From Chrysomallon squamiferum (Eukaryota > Animalia > Mollusca), in contig CM022674.1 of assembly GCA_012295275.1 (NCBI GenBank), forward strand, positions 6,076,001-6,140,000: a stretch of 64,000 bases of DNA, written 5' to 3'. The translations under genes were made by a program, and so were the position numbers. Positions 26,598-39,799 of the stretch are shown here, one piece after another (the first letter of the stretch is position 1; every line of letters starts with the position of its first letter). The notes below the pieces were generated by a model. The model did no database searches. It was given only the letters and a program-made list of their open reading frames with translations, and was not told the origin of the DNA.

Positions 26598-28027
26598 TAT
26601 TTATTTATTATTATTATTTAGGCGGACGACATTACTGTTCGGCAATCAAGACAAACATAAAAAAAAAAAAAAAAAAAAACAAACAACCGAAGCTCTCTGT
26701 TCTTTTGTATAGATACATACATTTTAAAACGTACATAGGTATATACAAACATTTACACGTTCATACATAAAAATACATACGTGGATACATACATAAATTC
26801 GTACATACAAACACAAATACATACATTATTTAAAATTTAAACTTACCATTTGCTTGAGGTTCTAAAAATAAATAAAATGAAATAAATTAAAACTGAAATA
26901 AAACAAAAATAAATAAATAAATAAATAAATAAAGAAAGAAAAAAAAACGAAACCAGAAAAGAAAGGAAGAAAGGAAGAAATAAAAAGAAAGAAGAACAAA
27001 TAAAAGGATAAGAAAATATTTTTTAACCAAAAATAACAGTAAATATTAAAATAAATACAGGTAATTGTCAAATGAAATTAAACTACTGTAATAATTATCA
27101 TTACAACAGTTATGATAATATTTATTTATATATTTATTATTTTTATACAAGTAGATATAATATAATATTTACTATTAATATTTCATTATAAAACAGTGGT
27201 AGTATTTACCCAGGCAGTAGGCTGCATCACTTGGTGAAAATGGGAGGTCGTAGACAGTGACAGAATCGCACTTTTTGGCTTTCACAAAGAATTTCACAGA
27301 ACATTTATATCTGGCATTGACACACATCGTTACGTTCAGAATTCCGTTGTCATTCTCCTGCACTGAAAGTATCAATATCTATCTATTCATCTCTGTTTGT
27401 TTGAATATAAAACTATGTAAAAAAGGTTGCTCAATAACCTAGGGCAGTAATCGCTTCCCACGAAGCAAGCCGTTCTTTGTTATTTTTGCTTCCATCTATT
27501 TTTATATATATATATATATATATATTTTAAATTTTGTGGGAGACGAGGCTTGGCAAATATGTATTTTAGGATTTGAATATTCTCTGTCTTATGCACGTAG
27601 ACAATATTCATCAACGCACTGGCGCAGGAGGACAAAGTCCAATCACGACCTCACAAACCCATGAGATGCCGCTGACGAGACTCGAACGTATGACACCCAT
27701 TCGCTCGCACTCCGAAGGCAAACGATGTTGCAGTTCGGCCATCGAGACAATGTGTGTGTGTATGTATGTATGTATGTATGTAATGTATGCATGAAGGTGG
27801 GTATTATATATTTATAAATAAATATTCTTTTATTATAATGTACGTGCTATTAGTTTGTCGAGATGCATACATACATATCTATCGATCTCTCTGTCTGTCT
27901 GTGTGTCTGTCTCTCAGTGTCTTTTTATTTATTCTCCAATCACTCAAAAATGTAGGAATTTGGAAGAGAACTTCTTTTAATTTGGTAAATTACTTACACA
28001 CTCAAACGAACTTGCACACATAGACAG

Positions 28028-28058
<31 letters not shown>

Positions 28059-29879
28059 CACACACACACAGAGAAGTTATTTGTTTCGATTGAATTGGTG
28101 TTTTCATTTAAAAAGTAACAAAGTATGTACTGTTCTCGAGAGCTGTGAATTGAGAAATAAATATATATATATTTTTTTTAATTCTTTGGACTGCAGGATA
28201 AAAGAAATAACTTGTTACTGTCTGAAGATACACACAGAAACGTACACACAAGGACACACACACACATACGCACTTATTCTACTTGCCTTCCTTTGTCCAT
28301 ACAGGGAATGTTGTACCACATGCAAAATGCGGTGGTACGACTTTGGTGATGTTTAGGACACTTCCATACCAGCCTGGCCTCAGAAAACGGTCTGAAAGAA
28401 GATGTGTGGGTATCTTGAAACGAACAATGAAATTTCTGTCTCTTCTGTCTTCACTGGGAAATCTCATGTACTCAGTGCATGGATCTCCTGGGAGAAAAAA
28501 AAGTTTTATTATTTTATTTTATTTTATTTATAATTTTGTTTAACGTTTAAAATTAAATGAACAGATAATTTGTTGTAAGTAGTATGGACCAACAGGAACG
28601 ACAACTCGTCACGGCAGAAATTACGTCACAGGGAAAGATGGCTCCATAATTTCGCCGATTTAAGAAACTACACCAAATGTTCTTTTCTGTTGGGTTATGA
28701 CACGGGGAACATTGCTAACTAAAAAGTTAATATATTAATCTTATACCGGATTATAATTTTAGTTTATTATGCACGCATTTGCACATAAATAATCCAGTTT
28801 TAAGAGTTTGATTAAGTTGAAAAAAGTAATTACGAAAGGCGCAGAACATACTGGTTTGGTAATACGAACAACCATTCTTATCGTTATCAGTGTAAATCAT
28901 AAAAAGTTAAGAAGATGGACGTAAAATAATTTAATTTGTAATTTAAAAACTTCCTTGAGCTCACGGAAATTTCCGATCGCAATCCAAGATGGCAGCGTCG
29001 AACGCCGACCAGTGTTTACAAACTTTTAAACACGTATTCCTTCATAATGCAATCAGTTCTACATGGTCTGTTAAGAGTAATTCGGGGAAATATGTCCTTT
29101 AATCAATGCCTCGTATACATAGATGTCTATTATTGAGTAGAAATCGCTGAAAAGGCTCAAACACGTTTTTTTTGTTGTTTTTTTTGGCGGGGTAACTGAC
29201 GTCATACCATCTCGTACTATTTTAATTTTTTTTATTATTATTATTATTTTACGACGTCATCAGTCAAATAATTAAAAAAAATATATAAATAAATTTCAGA
29301 CACTGGCGCGTGAATATAGAGATAACTATTCTTATTAGGTACCATAATGTGCACACGTTACTCTGCTAAACCTCTATAGCGGACAGTTCCGAGTACCTAG
29401 ATGTACAACGATACTTCTTTTTTTCTTTTTTTTAAATAATATTTCCATTTTCAATGCATTAGAGATGGTATTTACATCTAAAAAGCAAACTGATCGTGTT
29501 ATTTGAATGATTGCCTCGATACATTCATTGTAATGCTTGATAAGTTTAAAAAAAAAAAAAAAAAAAAATATAATAAAATAAAAGGGGTCCGGCAACCGGC
29601 CGTATAAAAAACTTAATTTGTAACTTTTTCGTTAAAACAAAGAATTCAACTTCTCAAACATGTACCATTATCTATGCAAACAATGCGTTTCCTATTTTTA
29701 TTTAAAAAACAACAAAACAAACAAAACAAGCAAACAATATCAGTAGTCCATGCTATTGTAAGCGTTGCTAGATTGAATATTTATATCAAAATGTTTAGTA
29801 AATAAAATAAATATATAAAAAGCACATTACCTCTAATGGAGATGAAGCTAACGAAAATAGTGAATATCACGATGTCCAT
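22000..29879 (-). CDS. VWDE/uromodulin D8C-like surface protein, copy B; 10 exons, 404 aa, intact
   Basis: Exons (minus) 29879-29831, 28487-28287 (GC donor), 27362-27210, 26861-26847, 26387-26101, 25471-25385, 24654-24543, 23857-23820, 23397-23286, 22160-22000; 1215 nt in total with an open frame. Signal peptide MDIVIFTIFVSFISIRG; same domain layout as copy A; tail ...SNVQPNLIHMSVLVMSVCVPFTVTYISPGFV*. Confidence 0.85.
22461..23250. mobile_element. ~0.8 kb insertion in the last intron of copy B, probable transposon remnant
   Basis: Flanks align with adjacent sequence of copy A (12410-12440 and 12460-12490) but the interval has no counterpart there. No TIR or TSD identified; boundaries approximate. 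Confidence 0.4.
27570..27749 (-). mobile_element. tRNA-derived SINE (best-preserved copy)
   Basis: Minus strand has an A-box-like TGGCCGAACTG (27741-27731) and a B-box GTTCGAGTC (27687-27679), followed by a body shared with 11419 and 17125. Confidence 0.7.
28590..29203. mobile_element. ~0.6 kb insertion in intron 1 of copy B
   Basis: Copy A has GGACCAACGTGATACCATCCCGT contiguous (18221-18243); in copy B GGACCAAC (28586) and ATACCATCTCGT (29204) are separated by unique sequence. Confidence 0.4.
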
Positions 29880-30413
29880 GATAAAAAAAAAAAAAAATTA
29901 TTATTCTAAAGTGAAATTGGCGAACAGTTCTAGCGAATTTGTACAACCGTTACGTTTAAAGTTATCGGTTGGTTAACGGAACAAGTTACCATAGGTGAAC
30001 TCTATAACCAAGTACTTGCTTTTATTTTCCCCTTTTCAGTTCCAACATTAATGTGTAATAACCAGTAGTCGTATCTAACCCGCCACCCCAAAGATTTATA
30101 TACATATATATATATATATTTTAGAATCAAAAACAAAATATATATAATTCGTTTTAAAAATCAACGTACGACAAAATTAATTATACTAAGATCTAAGCAA
30201 GTTTAACACCGTCTTTTTTTTTTTTTAATTCCAATATACAATATCAAAAACTTTGTAACAATTACTATCGATTTGAAATAAAGTTTTATCCAATATTTTC
30301 ACCCAGATATTATTTCATGTGAAAGCTGAGGATTTTAGAACTATGCATAAATACAAGAGCAGAACAGAAATCGAAATGATTTTTGTAATTTTATTACAAG
30401 AAATTCAAAAAAC

Positions 30414-33400
30414 TCATTTCAGACAGATGTTGAGTGTCATACCATAGTGATCTGAAAGCTGGTGTCCATTGTACTTTCCCAGAGTTCTCTGAAAATAAAA
30501 TTGTACAGTAAGTCGTACAGAATTTCATGTTAATAACGACATTTAAAAACAAAGGAATATAATTGATTTTCTACACGCACTTTCCATGAACAGAACAGCA
30601 CATGTCAAGGACTGTTGTAACAGATGCAGAGCACGGGCTGGAACGAGCAATTAACCGATGGAAGAGTCCAAAATTTCGTTAAACTAAAGCACATCAACTT
30701 TCTTGGATCATTATTCAACCATTTGTAGCATTGGTATATATATTTTTTTATCAATTCAACATACTTTTTAAAACAAATAAAAAATAAAATGAAAGAAATA
30801 TATCTGTACTGAAGGAAAACGACGACATGTCTAAAATTCACAGATCGACGTTAATATTGGACTGGTTAACGCGACGTCATGTGAATTGTTGTCTTGGTTG
30901 TGTTCTTAAGTTGAAAAAGCAGTTGTTACCGTGGCGTTTCTTCCCGAGTAACCCATCAGCATGATGTGGTCGAGTATTTTGTTTTTGCTGGTTGGAGAGT
31001 GGAGTGGGTTCTCGCTGCACCACGTGCAGCGGCCATCTTCTTTCTCGTACAGACTCGTGTAACCGAACGTCATCAGTGTGGCGAAGTTGGCAGGATATTC
31101 AGGAAATATTCTCATACGACCTTTTTAAAAAAAAAAAAAAAAAAAAACACAATACGACTGCGGCATGAGGTCAAGTATCATAATACATTAATATTTGTAC
31201 CGATTATTTTTTTCTCCTTCCAATGAATTACTGTTTTTCTCCCCCTCCTCCGTCTTAAATTTTATTCCCCAGTTTCCGTTATTACGTAACGGTTTTTAAA
31301 ATTTTATTTTATTATTTTTTTTTTTTTTTTTTTTAATATATACAATAATGTTTGACATTTAATTATTCGAGTTTATTGTATGGTTATATGATCTTTCAGT
31401 ACACCGTTCTCAACCGATTTCATGTTCAGTTGTATTATTGAGATTGTTGCTACGATGACGACCTCGTTTCAATACATACCTGGTTCGTCAATTTCTGGTC
31501 CTGTATTGAGATCTCCAACCAAGATATGACGTCGATCTGCAAAGTCTCGGTGAATCACATTGATCTCGTTCAGCTGCTGTTCTTCCCACGATTCTGCACC
31601 CAGTTTGTCTTTGTTCCCTGTTTGGAACGAGAAAAAAAAAAAAAGTTAAAAACCCAGTTAAAAATCACCTGAAGAAATACGACTGGTGAATGTACTCACA
31701 AAAGAACGGCGGTCAGTGTTTTGGCATGACGTCATGACGTCATATCGTACGAAATGACGTCTTGAACAAAAAAAGGCTCCCTTCTATAAAATATGACTGC
31801 GTCCAAATTATAAAAGTTATGTTACTTGTTTCAAGATCGGGCGTCCAACCCTACAAACCGCATCCCAGTATCACAAGTATGAGAATAAATTTACAGACTC
31901 TAAACAAGACTTAAAGGGAAGTTTACGACAGAATTCAGTGACAAGCAGAAGAATCATCGATAAAACGACACCAGTTTGAAAATGATTGTAGAGACAAAAA
32001 CATTTCAAAAATACAGTAGTAACCCCTTCATTGCAAACAGTTTGCGAAATTTATATAAACCCGAGGGCGGTCGGTATCTACCCGTTTTGATTACGCGTCA
32101 AACACGAAACCAGGTAGACAAGTGTGAATTAAAAACTGGATTTATAGTCGGTGTTAACGAAATCCAGAAACCTGCCACTTTAAAAAAAAAATGTATATTA
32201 ATTATACCGTTTATCTTCATATCAGACGAGAAAAGCACACGTATCCTTTTATGTGTATGCAGAATTAGTCAAAACTCTTCAGTACGATTAATACAACGTA
32301 CTTGTAATTGCAGAGGTTCAAAATAGGGTATTAAAACCGACGAAATGTCATTTAATAGAAAATTAAAAGAGAAATTAGATTTTTAGAAAGACTGGATCTC
32401 TATCAAGTTTACGCAGCTACCGTCAATACAGTTGTCTTGAGGTTATTTAGTTAATAAAAAAAAGTTTGTTTAATGATCGGCTATTTTATTGTCGTAAGTA
32501 ATCTACACTCACGATCGTAAGAAATTTGACCTCGGTTTTAAATCACTCTCGTTGAAAAGCTAAATTATATACCCACGTAGAATTTCGATACGGACACGAA
32601 AACATGACAACCATGTCGTTGTCGAACATGCTCTTACGTGTTGAAATGCAGACGTAGGGCGAACACGCAGGCCACGGGTAACACGTTGACGTTGTGGGCT
32701 GTTGCTGCATGGGGGGGGCTGGAATTTGACTGCACCCCGTTGTCCGCCCCATTTTCCCCGTAACACTGCAACGCAGGAACAAGCGAAAATTCCTGCGATA
32801 AAAGCATGAGTAGCATCCCCGTTTGTACCATCCCCACAGTTCGTTCGCGTTTTCGGGTCATTTTATCAGAATTCATGTGACTTGTTTTGATCGGTGGCCA
32901 CATGCCGCGTAAACCATTTTTATGCCGTAGTTTATGCAGTTGCGGTTGGGGTTGGGGCATTTTCTACATACATTTGTTTCGACCATGTTTTGGGATTTAA
33001 TGATCGGTAGAATTTATTTTGGTCGTGGGTATAGTGAAATCGTAAAAGTCCGATTTACAACATTTACAAATTACATTCGATACAATATACCATTTTAAAA
33101 AATCAGACAAGTTCACTGGTTTTTTAAAGTTTGAAAAATTTAAGTGGATGAAATCCGAGTTATTCTGCTACACCCACGTTTTTGAAAACTTTGTAAATGA
33201 AGGTAAATTCGTACTGACGCAGTATCAGAGTACACCGACAGTATTTAAAGGGAAGTAATTCAGTTGATGTTAAAATACTTACATTCTATGTAAGGCAAAC
33301 CAGTGTTAGCCGTCAGGTGAGTACAAACCACTTCTCCAAGATTTTCTATCTGCAAAAATGAGAATTTTTTGTCAGTTTAATTTTAACGTCAAACAATAGT

Positions 33401-34936
33401 TAAACGTGAACGACAATTTTTGGTCAAATGCGACATTTTGTGCAATAACGATACTCTTTAGAAAAAGCTTTTAGCGATATCTATAAATCGTTAGCCAGGA
33501 AAGTACTTTGTGAAAACAATACTTTTTATTGCATACACAAGATACACATCTAAAAATGGAAAACGTTTGTAATTTAAATTACACGATAGCTGGAGAAAAT
33601 TGTGGAGCTGAATCGATTCCTGTCGGAAGAGTGATGACGTCCTGGCCACGTTTTAATTATACGATAAAGTCGCAGTAATTGATAAATGAACTTGGTAAAT
33701 ATTCGATGACAAGTTTCTTGGAAAGAGGCTTAGAAAATTGACTACTAAGTAGTACTAAGATGATGCTCAAACTGAATCCATCATCTTCTAATTACTTAGG
33801 CTGCTGGCGACAATTGTTTTTAGCTTGATCAGCTCCCGGACCGAAATTTTGTAATAAAACAAATTACCGTTCGGTAAAATATAAATTCAGTTTCATCACC
33901 GAGAACCGACATTGATCGTCTCAGGAACCGTTCCCGTTTAGAATTCAGACAGTTCTAAGAACTGTACAGACTACTTAGAAAAGAATACAGATGTCTACGT
34001 ATTAAATTGATGAAGTAAACATCACGTTTTGACTTTTCAAGATGACTGAATCGTACACTTTTAAGTATTAAAATTTTCACACTGATAAACCAGTGGAAGC
34101 TTGCTATGTGCACCAGTAAGTAGGACTGATCCCTCTAATAAACAAACCCCCACTGAATGAAATTCTATTTTTGACATCGACCAATTAAAAAAGCCATTCT
34201 CACCCACCATCAAAACAGATCTACCCGGGGGTGGGTGAGGGTCTTTGTGCCAAAAACGTCACTTGCCTGTGCTGAAATGTAACCTCTGGAAAGCATCTGT
34301 TTTACGCCTGGAGCAAACAGCTGGTGCTTGACGTGCTTCATAGGTGTCTTGCTCAGTAGGAGTAACCCCTGGGCGTTCATTCGATTGTGGCGACTAAATA
34401 TGTTCATGCATTCAGTGATCGTCTTCATCAGGCTTGTCGCACTGAAAAAGGTGAAGGTCATTAAGTTATGAACTGGCAGCAGACATTTTAACATTACGTC
34501 ATACATTCTCTCAGCAGTTTTTAATTTCGGAAACGTTTCATTTCTCGTCTAAAACTGATGGTTCAAATTCAGGATCCTTGATAACATTTGAATTAAATTT
34601 TATTCGTTCATCTCGATTTTTATCTCATGAAATTAAAATGAATAAATTGTGTTTTTTTTTTAGAGTTTTAGTGGAGAGAAAAACGTTTTTAAAACAAATT
34701 TAAAGTATAATTAAGAGTAACATGCTGTTCTAGATTTAATTTCATTTTTGTACTTTGAAAAAAAGTACTTCAAATTTCATTCTGATATTCAGAATACTAC
34801 TTCTATAGCAGTAATCTAATTATAGTAAAATATAAAAATAACATACAATATACCAGTGGCATTTTGAAATTTTTGGAAAGTTAATTTGCTTATAAAAAGT
34901 TTAGAAGAATTTTGAGAGCGATTTCATCACCGATCA

Positions 34937-34969
<33 letters not shown>

Positions 34970-35048
34970 AACCGTTTGTAAAATAGGATATCACGGAATA
35001 AGCACAGTTAAACCATAATATACAGAGTTTTACATCACATGATGTTCC

Positions 35049-35079
<31 letters not shown>

Positions 35080-35959
35080 GCTAATTAAAAATGATGAAAT
35101 TTTGTTTAGGAAAACTTGCCTCATAATTAAACAAGCAATGCAGCTTTGTGGGAGTTTATCGATGTACTTGGAACAGTTCTGTGCCAGACAAATGAGCTTC
35201 TCGACGCTGTTGGAATGGGAACATTTCGTCAAGGAGCACCAGCCGAGAGAGAACACGGAGCCTGTGACGCACGGAGCAGTTTTCAGTCGAGAAAACGCCC
35301 ACGAAAAGAACGACGCCGGCTTCTTCAGCATGCCGACGTCGTGGTGGATGAAGCTGTACGAGAACGGAAAATTGTGTCTGAGTGCGTCCATGATCGCTTT
35401 CACGTCTCTCTCGTACCTGTTCACGAAAAGAATAAACGACTAAAATAAAATATAAACGCAATACATTATTCCGATATAAATGATATAATGTAATCATTTT
35501 TTTAATAGGTTTATAGGTAGGTATTCAAAAATCCTAACCTTAGGATGCTTTTGAAAGCTTCCAAGTTCTGATTTCATATAAATCAGAAGTTGCTTATTTT
35601 TTTTTTCCATGTTTAACTAGGCACACACATCTTTGCTACACAAAACTAAAGCTACGGAAACAGTAGTAGACAAGAAATCGTGATACGGTTATCTGCACAA
35701 TTATGCTTGAATAAAAAAAAAAAATAAAAAAAATGGACGTTGTATTCATTGCTTACCAGACTTCTTGAAGACAGATGACGTCAGCATCGGTTCTCGGTTT
35801 GAGCGCTTCGGGGACCAGTGGCTCCCTGGACGAGTACTGAGCCACGCGAGGGTTTAGTCCGGCGTTGAACGTCAGCATCTTGGATGCAGGACACGGCTGA
35901 TCCGAGCACGACACTACGTCGATCCAGGCGAACAACGGCAGGAACAACAGCCACAACAT
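30414..35959 (-). CDS. Secreted endonuclease/exonuclease/phosphatase (EEP, DNase I-like) superfamily protein with a Cys-rich insert, 7 coding exons, 381 aa
   Basis: Exons (minus) 35959-35757, 35416-35120 (GC donor), 34441-34267 (GC donor), 33349-33283, 31617-31480, 31120-30930, 30488-30414; 1146 nt in total with an open frame. Signal peptide MLWLLFLPLFAWIDVVSC; full EEP catalytic motif series LTFNAGL, ADVICLQEVW, GLLLLSK, VCTHL, VGDLN, LDHI, LSDHYG. Confidence 0.9.
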
Positions 35960-37620
35960 CTAAGGAAAAAAAAAAAAAATTTAATCATGTTTTAAGTCGA
36001 AGCCATAACCGAAAAAAAATAAAATAAAATAAAATGTTTCGTTTAAATTGTCTAAGTTCACGTCAGCTTGTCAAACAAATTCGTTTTTCCTTTCCGTAAC
36101 ATTGCTAGATGACTGCGAAAACTGAACGGTAACATTCAGTGAACTTGACACTTAACTCCCCCTTGTATGTTTGTGTATATGTGTGTAATATATATATATA
36201 TATATATATACTAAAAAATGCGACGAACTTTGATCATTTTTATTCTATCGTGTTTAATTAATCCATTTCGGCAGCACAAAAAATCGGAGCAAAATCCCGA
36301 GGTGTGATCTAAATTCTGATTAGCGAAAATCATAGGATTTTCAAATTATGACTGCTATTCTTTTCAATATCTGAACAAGAACGTCCAACAAAAAAAACAA
36401 AAAAAACAAAAACAATATGTAGATCGAATTGTAATTTAAACTAGGAATTCGTCACAAATCATGATACCATGCAAATAAGACCGCTACATTGTCTTATCAC
36501 AGAAATACAATTATAATCAAACGCAGTCGCAACAGCACAGAACAGCCGCAATATTTTTGCCGTCGTAACAGGACGCAGAAGATGTCCATTTTAGAAACTG
36601 ATAATATGCAGTATTACCGCTAATCTGATTTTAATCTTGGGTTAACAATCAGTGTATACCAGTTCAAAATCGCAACAAATTCTATCCATTTTCATTTAAA
36701 ACAGCATTCACCTTGCGTACACTGAGCTGATCTCATTACAAGATATCTAAATTTACACAGGAAGAATGTTTAAGTAAAATTCGGTAACTAGCAAAATACA
36801 AGGCTTTTTTGTAGAAAGATCTGCCTTTGTTTTAATGTATATTAAAATAATTCTAGCATTATGAATTCTTGTTCATATTTTGTTTCCAAAAATGTGCAGT
36901 TTAAATTCAGTAAACATTTGTTTTGGTTCACTGCATACATTGCAATCATAGCGATGTTACAAAAAAATGTAGAAATTCAAAAATGAAACATTTCCTAGGA
37001 AAGTTACAGAAGTAAACCTGATGCAAGCTTAAATGTGGTGAACTAGTCCGACTATAATTTTTACCGAAACGTACACCATATATGCATGTTGAATGTAACA
37101 GCAAATTAAATATATTAATGCATTCTTTAAGTAATACAGTTAATTAAACAAGTCAAAAACACTGGACAATTCAACGATACATCTGTTAGACACGCAACAT
37201 TTACTACATGTATCCATTTCAAAACTTGTTACTATCGATGCTAAAACTTGTGAAAATTATACATTTCACTGACAAAATTGGTTTTATTTTATACTAAAAA
37301 CAGACAAAGCACGATTTATCCACTGCACACTTTTGAGAAAAAAAAAAACAACCACTTAATCCATTCAGAAAGCAGTTCAGCACAGCTCATTTTAAAAACA
37401 AATTGACATACGACACATTATATGCCATTAAAACTGGCTAACAAATTGAAACAAATCGACAGCTCTGCACGTCAGCAGTTTGGTTCACCGTTTGTTTTTA
37501 AATGTCGTAGTTTGAAATCGTAAAATTAATTTCAGTATCTCGCCCTACGTGCTACTGAACTGCTAACACCGACTCGTGCAACACGTTTGAAATGTTTATG
37601 AAATCAAGTCCGGGTTGACC

Positions 37621-37632
37621 TGTCACGTGACA
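37621..37632. promoter_or_regulatory. Perfect CLEAR palindrome TGTCACGTGACA in the 5' intron/upstream region of the EEP gene
   Basis: 12-bp palindrome read directly; function inferred. Confidence 0.35.
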
Positions 37633-38923
37633 GACACCATTTCATTACATTGTTGTGTTGTATTAATCATTATTCTCGCATGCTTTTATTAAGATTATTA
37701 TTTTTTTAAAACCTTTTTCTAATTGCACTATTTGTAGAGAAAAAAAAATGATAGTTGATGCAGATCGCCCCCCTTTCTTAATATCACGGCACAAAATCAA
37801 CAGAACATTAATGTGCACAATGCTTTTAACTGGATAAGCTATAATGCAAAATTATAATTTGAGAATAAAAAATAAATATTGTTCTGGACGTTTACCCCCC
37901 CTCCCTAGGATCGGTCGAGGTGGATGATTTTATTTTAAACTATTTTAATTTTTGTTTTTTTTAACTAGCCTTCCGTAGAAATATTTTTTACATTCTGAAT
38001 CCGCCATTTTGAATTTTGCTGACGTACATACCCTGTTAACGATTACTCCGGTATCCACCAGGAGTACGGTGTACGTTTGAAAATCTCAGGTTCATAGAAT
38101 CAAAAGTAATGATTATACGTTCTGTGGAAAGAAAAGACTACTTCATTAGAAATATTTATCTGCTCTCGCCTTGATCGATCTTATTTTTTTTTTTTTTTAA
38201 ATTACTTTTTGTACGAATAAAAATCGTAGCAAAATATTCCTTGTTGCTGATAATTCGTAGGACTACACTGAAAGAATACACAAAAAGGATGCCAAGTTGA
38301 TAGAGAATTATTCTAACTTGTTATTCGATTACTTGCCAAGTACATTAACTAGTGCTTACAGAATACCGCTACTTTATTGGCTCATTAATAAAAATAAAAA
38401 AATAGAAAAGCTACTAGCAAGTTGGTTTGGTTTGCCTCGTTTAGACAACGTCGCAACTTATCGTAAACAGACAGACAGAAAAAATTAACGTGCTTATCAG
38501 AGGGAGCTATTGTGAAGAATGTCTGCGACAGGCAGGCTCTCTGACAAAGCCAGTGTTTTGTGTGTGTGCGTGCGAGTGCGTGTGCGAGTCGCAGTATCTA
38601 CAATAAATATTCATCGGGTTAAGCGTTAAAAAAGATGCAAACTATACGGTCCATGTTTATAAGACAAATACTCAAACAAGATCCTCTCGTTCAAACAAAC
38701 TCGACTGAAACCAACTTAACAATAACAACAAATCATCAAAAATAATTAAACTTGATTTTGATACATTATCTAAAATCTATAAATAATATTAACTCATGTT
38801 ATAAAAATAAAACAACCCCATCCCCAATGCACGGTCGCTCTACCATCGTAAATTTCTGGCTGTCCTGGCACTCATTGGTTATTCGATTACATTAAATTAA
38901 CTGAAATATTTAAAATGGCTTAC

Positions 38924-39177
38924 CATCCGTCTGAAACAAAGGTCCTACCAGCTGAAAAATGTTATAAGATGTCTGTCAACGCGTGTGTGCATCTCTCTCT
39001 TTATATAACAGGTGCACGTGCAGACTTGGGACGCACGTGCGGTAATATTTACCTTTTTTTTTGTTCTCGAGAAATTTATTTAATCGAGAAATCTACACAA
39101 GAACACAAGTGTCTGAGCTAAATCAAAAGTTTTTATTATTAATTTAGCGTTGACTACATCTCTCAGTGTATTTATAC

Positions 39178-39238
<61 letters not shown>

Positions 39239-39759
39239 GCTGACAGACATAGGCATACACTAACACAATAATAATAAAAATAATAATGATAATAGTACTA
39301 CAGCTACTACTACTACTACTACTACACCCCAAAAATAAATAAAAACAAGATAGAAAAAATATATGAAATACTACACCTGTTGATTAGCTTACTTACTCCC
39401 TTACCTCACGGCATTAAATTGTCAATTATAAACCATACATACATTCATACATATATACATCTCTATATATATATATAATTTTTATTTCATGATATCAAAC
39501 TGCCTCATCATACTTGACACTAATTACGATTAATCGAAGTCGTTGTATGTGTTCTATCTATCAGTAGTTTTAATTTAAATTTTACGAGTGGTGTTTAAAA
39601 TAAAACTGTTATAAAATTTTTAATTGATTTTATTTCGCTACTATTCAAAGGGAGTTACAACAGCTACATATTTAACCATTTGAAGATAGGTGTGTCCATA
39701 AAAAAACATTCTTTGATTCATTTACTTACCTTAGAGCGAACTCGCTTTTGACTGTACGT
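38924..39759 (-). other. Two probable short 5' exons of the EEP gene (39759-39730 and 38951-38924)
   Basis: Each has a YAG acceptor and a strong GTAAG donor. The second ends in ATG in phase 0, and the EEP ATG at 35959 sits directly after a poly-T CCTTAG acceptor, so upstream exons are expected. Confidence 0.5.
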
Positions 39760-39764
39760 CTGCA

Positions 39765-39799
<35 letters not shown>

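Larger units (their letters stand above)
21045..30075. repeat. Segmental duplication, copy B
   Basis: Colinear with 9150-19195 in direct orientation, with copy-specific indels and insertions. Confidence 0.9.

Noticed and set aside
27570-27749. tRNA gene
   Set aside because: A and B boxes are present but there is no convincing cloverleaf, and the body is shared with degenerate dispersed copies, so it is a SINE.
9150-30075. Duplication as an uncollapsed-haplotype assembly artefact
   Set aside because: The copies differ by many substitutions, copy-specific insertions and decayed pseudo-exons, which is more than expected for alleles.
32513-32558. Possible poison cassette exon in EEP intron 4 (minus, GTGAGT donor)
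   Set aside because: Weak acceptor, and exons 4 and 5 already join in frame; no support without RNA data.
30414-35959. LINE retrotransposon endonuclease
   Set aside because: It has a signal peptide, six spliceosomal introns and no reverse transcriptase.
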